Shown: one piece after another, positions 58,687 through 64,000 of the stretch | Position numbering within the stretch: position 1 is the stretch's first letter | Layout: each line of letters starts with the position of its first letter | NCBI GenBank assembly: GCA_963760795.1 | Contig: CAVXEP010000030.1 | Span: 1-64,000, forward strand | Length of the DNA: 64,000 nucleotides | Origin: an uncultured delta proteobacterium | GTDB taxonomy: Bacteria > Desulfobacterota > Binatia > UBA9968 | Reading direction: 5' to 3' | Translations under genes and position numbers: made by a program | The notes under the pieces: model-generated | What the model was told of the DNA's origin: nothing | Databases searched by the model: none | Seen by the model: only the letters and a program-made list of their open reading frames with translations

Positions 58687-59850
58687 TTATTGAATGCCCG
58701 GTCGTCCGGCGTAGCGCGCCGTCACCGCCTTCACGCGCGGATCGCCGGCGACCGCGAGCCGCCCGCGGTCATGCAACACGTTGCTGCCGACCTTGAACGT
58801 CGCGCCGCGCGCTTCCGCCGCCGTGTGCAGATTGAACGGAAACGAAGCACTCTTGCCCGCCTGCCCGAGGTGCATGTGCACCGCACCGGTGTGGAACGAG
58901 GCGACGAATTCGCGATATTCCTCATCCGGGCACTGCGCGGGTGACACGATCGCGTGCGGATGCACGCCGCCGTGAGGTCCCCGGATTTCGAACGCGTTCT
59001 TCTCCCCGACGCGCCGCGCGAGAGCTTCGAGGAATCCACAAATGGCTGTCGCTTCCGCGCCTCCCTCGATCTTCGTCATCTGATTGTCTTCAACCGAGAT
59101 GCGCACCGGCGCAGAGAAACGAACCGGCACCCCGATCTCTTTCGCCCAGACCGGCATCATCTGATCGAACACATAGATGCCGGTCGTCCCGACAGGATTC
59201 ACCGCCGGATAGATGCCGTCCGGGAACGGACGATAGTAACCGTCGCGACGCCAGTAGGCGTAGCCTTCGCCGCCACGCCCCGGCGACCCGACCTTGCCTT
59301 CCAGATGTGTGCCGTTGGGATGGTTTAGACTCCATGTTTCGTCTGGCTTGATCAGTTCCGCCATGCGGTAGCGGATCTCGGCGATGAGATCGTGCGGCGT
59401 GCGCGCCCAGTCGCTCATAATTAGACCCGTCGTGGTCGCCATATTGCGGACCATCGGCAGCTTCAGCTCCTTGAGAAGCTCCGGAAATTCCTTGAGGTGT
59501 TCTTCGGACGAGAGATCGCTGATGTGATTGATCAGCAGATCGGCGCCCCTCATCGCCGCCTTGACGATCGGCGGAATCTTCCAGGCCGTCTCCGGCGTCG
59601 GAATATCCGGCCAGATCACATTCGGCCGGCTCGGCATGTCCACCCATAGCACGCTGGGATGCGCGCCGCGCGCCTGCACTCCCGACTGAATCCATGCGAT
59701 TGTCTGTTCGTCAACGAGATTGCGGCCGCCGTGCAGGCCATCGACCGCCGCGAGAATCAGCACGTTCTGGCCCGGCTTCACAACCGCGCAACAATCCAGC
59801 ATATCGTTGATCGCGACTGCGGCGTCCGCCGGCATGTAAGCGATGGACAT
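58687..59850 (-). CDS. Peptidase M29 / NicX-like fold protein (tentative)
   Basis: VKPGQNVLIL N-terminus; PVRISVEDNQMTKIEGGAEA; His-rich GPHGGVHP, HMHLG, LHT. Confidence 0.6.
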   Translation of the reverse strand: MSIAYMPADAAVAINDMLDCCAVVKPGQNVLILAAVDGLHGGRNLVDEQTIAWIQSGVQARGAHPSVLWVDMPSRPNVIWPDIPTPETAWKIPPIVKAAMRGADLLINHISDLSSEEHLKEFPELLKELKLPMVRNMATTTGLIMSDWARTPHDLIAEIRYRMAELIKPDETWSLNHPNGTHLEGKVGSPGRGGEGYAYWRRDGYYRPFPDGIYPAVNPVGTTGIYVFDQMMPVWAKEIGVPVRFSAPVRISVEDNQMTKIEGGAEATAICGFLEALARRVGEKNAFEIRGPHGGVHPHAIVSPAQCPDEEYREFVASFHTGAVHMHLGQAGKSASFPFNLHTAAEARGATFKVGSNVLHDRGRLAVAGDPRVKAVTARYAGRPGIQ

Positions 59851-59875
59851 GGCATTCCTCCCGAAACTGTTGGCG

Positions 59876-60634
59876 CTATCTGGCGCGCAGTCTTCCTGTT
59901 GTTGCGCCGCCGTCGAGAACGAGCGTCGCGCCTGTCATATATCGTCCGGCGTTTGACGCGAGAAAGGCGACCATTTCGGCCACATCACTTGGCTTGCCGT
60001 GGTAGCCCATCGGAATGTTTGGCGCCTCCGCTTCAGGATCGGCCCCGGCTCGATGACGGATCGATCCGGGTGCGATGCAATTGACAGTGATCCCGTAGCG
60101 ACCGACTTCGAGTGACAGGGCGCGCGTCAGCATGGCCACTGCCGCTTTCGAAGCCGCATAGGCGGCGCCGGCCGCGTAAGGCGATACGCCACTGACTGAG
60201 CCGATGTTGACGATCGTGCCATAGCTCTGCTGCCGCATCGCCGGAATGGCCGCGCGGCAACAGAGCATCGTCCCGTCGACGTTCACCCGGAAGGTCTCTC
60301 GCCACGTGTCAAGCTTGTGCGTCTCGATCGTCTCCAGCGGATGATAGGCCGCGTTGTTGCACAGAAGATCGAGCGAGCCGAAGGCCTGCAAGGCGGCGTC
60401 GACGGCCGACGCCGCGCCCCGCTCGGAACCGATGTCGGCTTCGACGACCCGGACGCGATCGCCGAATTCCGCCAGCGCAGTCCGCGCACTTGCACAGGCC
60501 TGCGCATCGCGATCGACGGCGACGACTGAGCCGCCGAGCGCGAGAAAATGGCGGACGATCCCAAGTCCTATCCCCGACGCGCCACCCGTGACGACGCTCG
60601 AGCGCGGATGATCTGGAAGCTCGGCCCTACGCAT
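59876..60634 (-). CDS. Short-chain dehydrogenase/reductase
   Basis: TGGASGIG, NNAA, YAASK, VNCIAPG. Confidence 0.95.
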   Translation of the reverse strand: MRRAELPDHPRSSVVTGGASGIGLGIVRHFLALGGSVVAVDRDAQACASARTALAEFGDRVRVVEADIGSERGAASAVDAALQAFGSLDLLCNNAAYHPLETIETHKLDTWRETFRVNVDGTMLCCRAAIPAMRQQSYGTIVNIGSVSGVSPYAAGAAYAASKAAVAMLTRALSLEVGRYGITVNCIAPGSIRHRAGADPEAEAPNIPMGYHGKPSDVAEMVAFLASNAGRYMTGATLVLDGGATTGRLRAR

Positions 60635-60640
60635 AGGCGG

Positions 60641-61420
60641 TTAGCTCAGCCGCGGCTGCGGCCACTTGAATCGGCCATCGAGGGTGGGCGGGGTGAGGCC
60701 AGACGCCTCGTAGGCCCACACGCCGATCTGGTCAGACCAGATGCGGTTGACCGCCTGGCGATCGCGGATCGCCTGCAGGCAGGCGTCCTGCGTCTCCTTC
60801 GTGTCGGCGTACTTGGCCAGAATTTCGAGCGGCGCGTCGCCGTGACCGCCGTCGGACGAATCCGCCTCGTCGGCCGCATCCCAGTGTGCCAGAGCCTTGT
60901 CGTCAAGCTTCAGCTTGTCCCAGTTTTCGCGAGACGTGCGGGCGCGATCGCCGACCCGCTTGATCATCGCCTTGCCGCGGGCGACCTCGTTGCCAGCGAT
61001 GCTCGCGAAGGCTTCGAGCCAGGGGCGATAGCGGCTCACATATTCGCAATAGGTGATGCGCATCTTGGTGATCGGCGCGCCCTGATAGTTGTAGATGTAG
61101 TCGCGATCGAGGCCGAGCGCGACCGCGAAGTCGACCAGGCTTTCGTAATGGCCGGTGATGATCGTCGGATCGCGCACTTCCTCCACGAAGGCATTTTCGA
61201 TCAGATACTGCCGCACTTCGAGGATCGGGCAGTTGCCGGTGATGTTGGCCAGCCAGCGCGGAAAGTTCGCGGCGAACACGCAATGTTCGAGCGCGTAGAC
61301 GCGCGCTCCTTCGCGCGTCATGTGATCGGCGTTGTAGGTTTCGAGCAGGGTCGGCACGGTCCACCGCCCTTCCTCCAATACATCGAGAATGGCTTCCTTG
61401 AGCTGCTCTGCGCTACGCAT
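60641..61420 (-). CDS. Heme-oxygenase-like (TenA/PqqC/CADD-type) iron redox enzyme
   Basis: FPRWLA..CP, LIENAFVEE...GHYE, GNE, HW..ADEAD..GH; helical character. Confidence 0.75.
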   Translation of the reverse strand: MRSAEQLKEAILDVLEEGRWTVPTLLETYNADHMTREGARVYALEHCVFAANFPRWLANITGNCPILEVRQYLIENAFVEEVRDPTIITGHYESLVDFAVALGLDRDYIYNYQGAPITKMRITYCEYVSRYRPWLEAFASIAGNEVARGKAMIKRVGDRARTSRENWDKLKLDDKALAHWDAADEADSSDGGHGDAPLEILAKYADTKETQDACLQAIRDRQAVNRIWSDQIGVWAYEASGLTPPTLDGRFKWPQPRLS

Positions 61421-61474
61421 ATAGCTTCCTCCTGGTAGGTACGCGCTGATTTCAAAAAATGACTCGTTATCGCA

Positions 61475-62464
61475 TCAGCGCAGGCCGAAACTTTTGCGGA
61501 AATCTTCCGGGTCCATTTCATCGCTGCTGACGTGCAGTGGAAACAAATCGAGATTCTTTGCATCGAGCCGTTTAGCAGAGGGCAGTACGTCGCCGCGAGT
61601 GGGAACGCGGCCCATCGACTTAAGAATTTCCGATCCCTCTTTGGATAACACCAGATCGACAAATAGATTAGCCGCATTGGGATTCATGGGACGCGCCGCC
61701 AAGGCAATGGAGATCGGCGCTGCGACCATCGGTTTAAGCGAGACCCAGTCAACTGGCGCTCCACGCGTTCTTAGACGCTCGACGAGATGCGCATAAGTGA
61801 TCGCGACGGGGAATTCCCCGGCCGCAAGCAAGTTGGCGATCAATACGTTGCCGTCGCGCAAGGCCAACTTCTGCCGATTGAGTCTGCGCATGAAATCGCC
61901 GCCCTTCTGACTGCCCCATGCGGTCATCATACCGAAGTACCAATCGTACGAACGCGGATCGAGCGTAATCTTGCCATCACTCCACCTGGGATCGAGCAGA
62001 TCGTCCCACCCGGCCGGAACTTCCGACGGCCGGACGCGTTGGCTGTTGTAAGCAATCGTGTAGTAGTTGTTGTAGATGTCGACCCAGCGACTTTGTTTGT
62101 CTCTGAATTTGTCCGGGTAGGCGGCCAACTCGGAAGACAATATCGTCCCCAACAAACCCCGCTTTTGCAGCAAGAGAAGATCGGAAACTTTCCCTGACAC
62201 CACATCGAAAAGAAAACGCCCGGCACGGCTCTCGGTCAAGATGCGGTTCAGTAGCGGCGCGCTGCCGGCGCGGAAGAAGCTCGCGTCGACAAACGGATAG
62301 CGGCTGCGATACAATTCGATCAGCTTAGTCGAATCCTCCGGCTGCATCGCCGTATAAAGAACAAACTTACCCTCTTTTTTGGCGCCGTCGATGGCCGCAT
62401 TCTGGCTTGCTGCGAGGGATAGACCGGGAAAAAGCAGGGAAACAATTATGATTAGAGATATCAA
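61475..62464 (-). CDS. ABC substrate-binding protein (Fe/polyamine/thiamine class)
   Basis: Signal peptide, AKKEGKFVLY, AYNS, WDDLLDPRW, PNAANLFVD; likely TTG start at 62464. Confidence 0.88.
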   Translation of the reverse strand: MISLIIIVSLLFPGLSLAASQNAAIDGAKKEGKFVLYTAMQPEDSTKLIELYRSRYPFVDASFFRAGSAPLLNRILTESRAGRFLFDVVSGKVSDLLLLQKRGLLGTILSSELAAYPDKFRDKQSRWVDIYNNYYTIAYNSQRVRPSEVPAGWDDLLDPRWSDGKITLDPRSYDWYFGMMTAWGSQKGGDFMRRLNRQKLALRDGNVLIANLLAAGEFPVAITYAHLVERLRTRGAPVDWVSLKPMVAAPISIALAARPMNPNAANLFVDLVLSKEGSEILKSMGRVPTRGDVLPSAKRLDAKNLDLFPLHVSSDEMDPEDFRKSFGLR

Positions 62465-62469
62465 TGTCT

Positions 62470-62818
62470 TACCCCACCTTCCAGTGGACTGCTCTGATGC
62501 TGTAGCCTCTACCTTGAATGAAATAGATGTAAGTTTCCCGGTGAGTGTGTCCAACGCTGGCCTGCGAGTGCGGCGTAATCTCCCCAATCGCAGTGTTCGA
62601 AGGGTAATTTCAAATCCCATTCGAAAGTCGGTCAAATTGGCGACTTTCACTCCCCCTTCGATCGTTTTCCATTGCAGCTCGCCTGCGTGCATCCTGATGC
62701 GTGATTCGTTCTTGCCGTCGATAATCTCTTTTTACAGATCGAGCGCTTCCGGCGCACGCGACGTAACAACCCGATCCTCGGTTGACTAGAATTCGCCCTT
62801 TCGCATTGGAATACCCAT
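62470..62818 (-). pseudogene. Cupin-domain pseudogene
   Basis: RBS and ATG at 62818, two in-frame stops, then a shifted frame EITPHSQASVGHTHRETYIYFIQGRGYS (cupin HxHxE motif). Confidence 0.65.
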
Positions 62819-63106
62819 GATTATTTTCTCCTAGTGTTGACCGCTGTTATGGATAGGATTTTAAACCGCCTTTTATTTCTATGGTCGGAACCTTATTGCA
62901 CGACCGGGAGAATTGTCAATTCGTTGTCTACTTGACGAAAAACCCACTGTTGTACCGGTCGGCTCGCCCGGAGAGCGGTTGGGACACGCAGAAAGGTTCC
63001 ATATGAAGTCTTACGTTGGTAGGGGGCACCAGTAGCGTCAAGCCTTTACTTTAAAGAAACTACGAACCCTACTATAAGCTAAAGACCTCGACCCTATAAA
63101 AGCCCT

Positions 63107-63297
63107 CCGATCTCGTCCAGCACCCGTAACTGGTGGCCAATCGCATCATCACGTTCGCTGAAATCGTCGGCCAAGAAAACGTTAGCGCCGGCACCGAGTG
63201 CGGCCTAGGCGGACACGCACACCCGTAGATCGCGTGGGCGAAGTTACGTGTCCTGCGCGGCGGCGCGGCGATCGCGAGCAGGAAGCTGTGGAGTTGA
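63107..63297 (+). pseudogene. 3'-end remnant of the MetE-like gene
   Basis: 191-bp colinear copy of 48966-49156 ending SRKLWS*, with two in-frame stops. Confidence 0.92.
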
Positions 63298-63579
63298 ATT
63301 CAATGTGCTGGCTACGTTGGGGGTTGGCAGGTTTGTCCAGCTAGTCGGCTACGTCCCCTAATACTCCTTGGCCGCGTCCATAGCCAGCTAAAAATCGATC
63401 GCTCCGGCCGCGAGATCTCCTTTCAAACTGGCCATTGAGCTGAGCTTCGCGATGTAAGCTTTTCACTTGCTCCGCGGTGGGCAGGCCGATTTTGCAGAGC
63501 GTGTCGCGCACGCGCGCGCTAAGCTTGAAAAATGTACCGGGGTCTTTTCCCGCTTTGGAGCGGTCGTGCTGGAAGATTC

Positions 63580-64000
63580 TTACAAAACCATCAGCGTGTC
63601 GGAAACACAACGGAATCCTATGTAGGCGTGGCCCGTGGCGGCGCGACCGGCGTCGACGGCCTCACGGGATGTGGACGTAAGCCCTTCGGGACCGCTGGAT
63701 GAATTACCGCCGCGGGCGACCACCGTGTCGGCGGTCGCCGGCTCCTCGCGTCCGTCCTTTGGATTATAGGGATAGGGTTTATAAATCGAACGAGTCCATT
63801 CCCAAACCTGTCCTGCCATATCGAGAACCCCGTAGGGGCTTGCGCCTTTGGGAAACTGCCCGACGGGAACCGTTTGACCGCGAAAGCCACCGATAAACGC
63901 CAGATCAGGGCGGGGCATGTCATTACCCCAGGGGTAGAGCCGGCCGTCGGTTCCACGCGCGGCTTTTTCCCACTCCGCTTCGCTGGGGAGCCGCTTACCG
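63580..64000 (-). CDS. Formylglycine-generating-enzyme (SUMF1) domain protein, 3' part
   Basis: [15 protein letters not shown]...YPWG...[14 protein letters not shown]...RGG...GFRC. Confidence 0.92.
   Translation of the reverse strand, partial: GKRLPSEAEWEKAARGTDGRLYPWGNDMPRPDLAFIGGFRGQTVPVGQFPKGASPYGVLDMAGQVWEWTRSIYKPYPYNPKDGREEPATADTVVARGGNSSSGPEGLTSTSREAVDAGRAATGHAYIGFRCVSDTLMVL

Noticed and set aside
62465-62692. N-terminal extension of the SBP ORF
   Set aside because: It belongs to the upstream cupin pseudogene; the SBP signal peptide begins near 62464

Overview
Bacterial, moderately GC-rich accessory region. The content (many ABC substrate-binding proteins, class III CoA-transferases, amidohydrolase, MetE-like and cupin genes) resembles Candidatus Binatia / deltaproteobacteria-like soil genomes; this is inference only. 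I found no rRNA, tRNA, CRISPR array, integrase or transposase. Main blocks: (1) 0.9-7.3 kb, a duplicated cassette of small membrane protein, lipoproteins and Crp/Fnr, each copy with a sigma54-type promoter motif, the two copies decayed in complementary ways; (2) Hsp20-Lon, a phosphomannomutase and FtsH/Zn-finger remnants; (3) a small protein-GT4-GH130-CarD cluster; (4) a lone C-A(Gly-like)-T-TE(Cys) NRPS with a sigma54-type promoter; (5) an SBP-radical SAM (CX8CX2C)-methyltransferase-2x CoA-transferase operon; (6) 38-63 kb, a mosaic in which cargo genes repeatedly sit between an intact gene and a degenerate direct-repeat copy of that gene's 3' part (MetE-like, GST twice, nitroreductase, aldolase; plus a duplicated hydrolase tail). 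This looks like nested cassette accretion with no local integrase. Cargo includes two apparently exported methyltransferase-fold proteins and a heme-oxygenase-like oxidase/SDR/M29-fold operon. All family calls come from manual motif recognition; no database searches were run.
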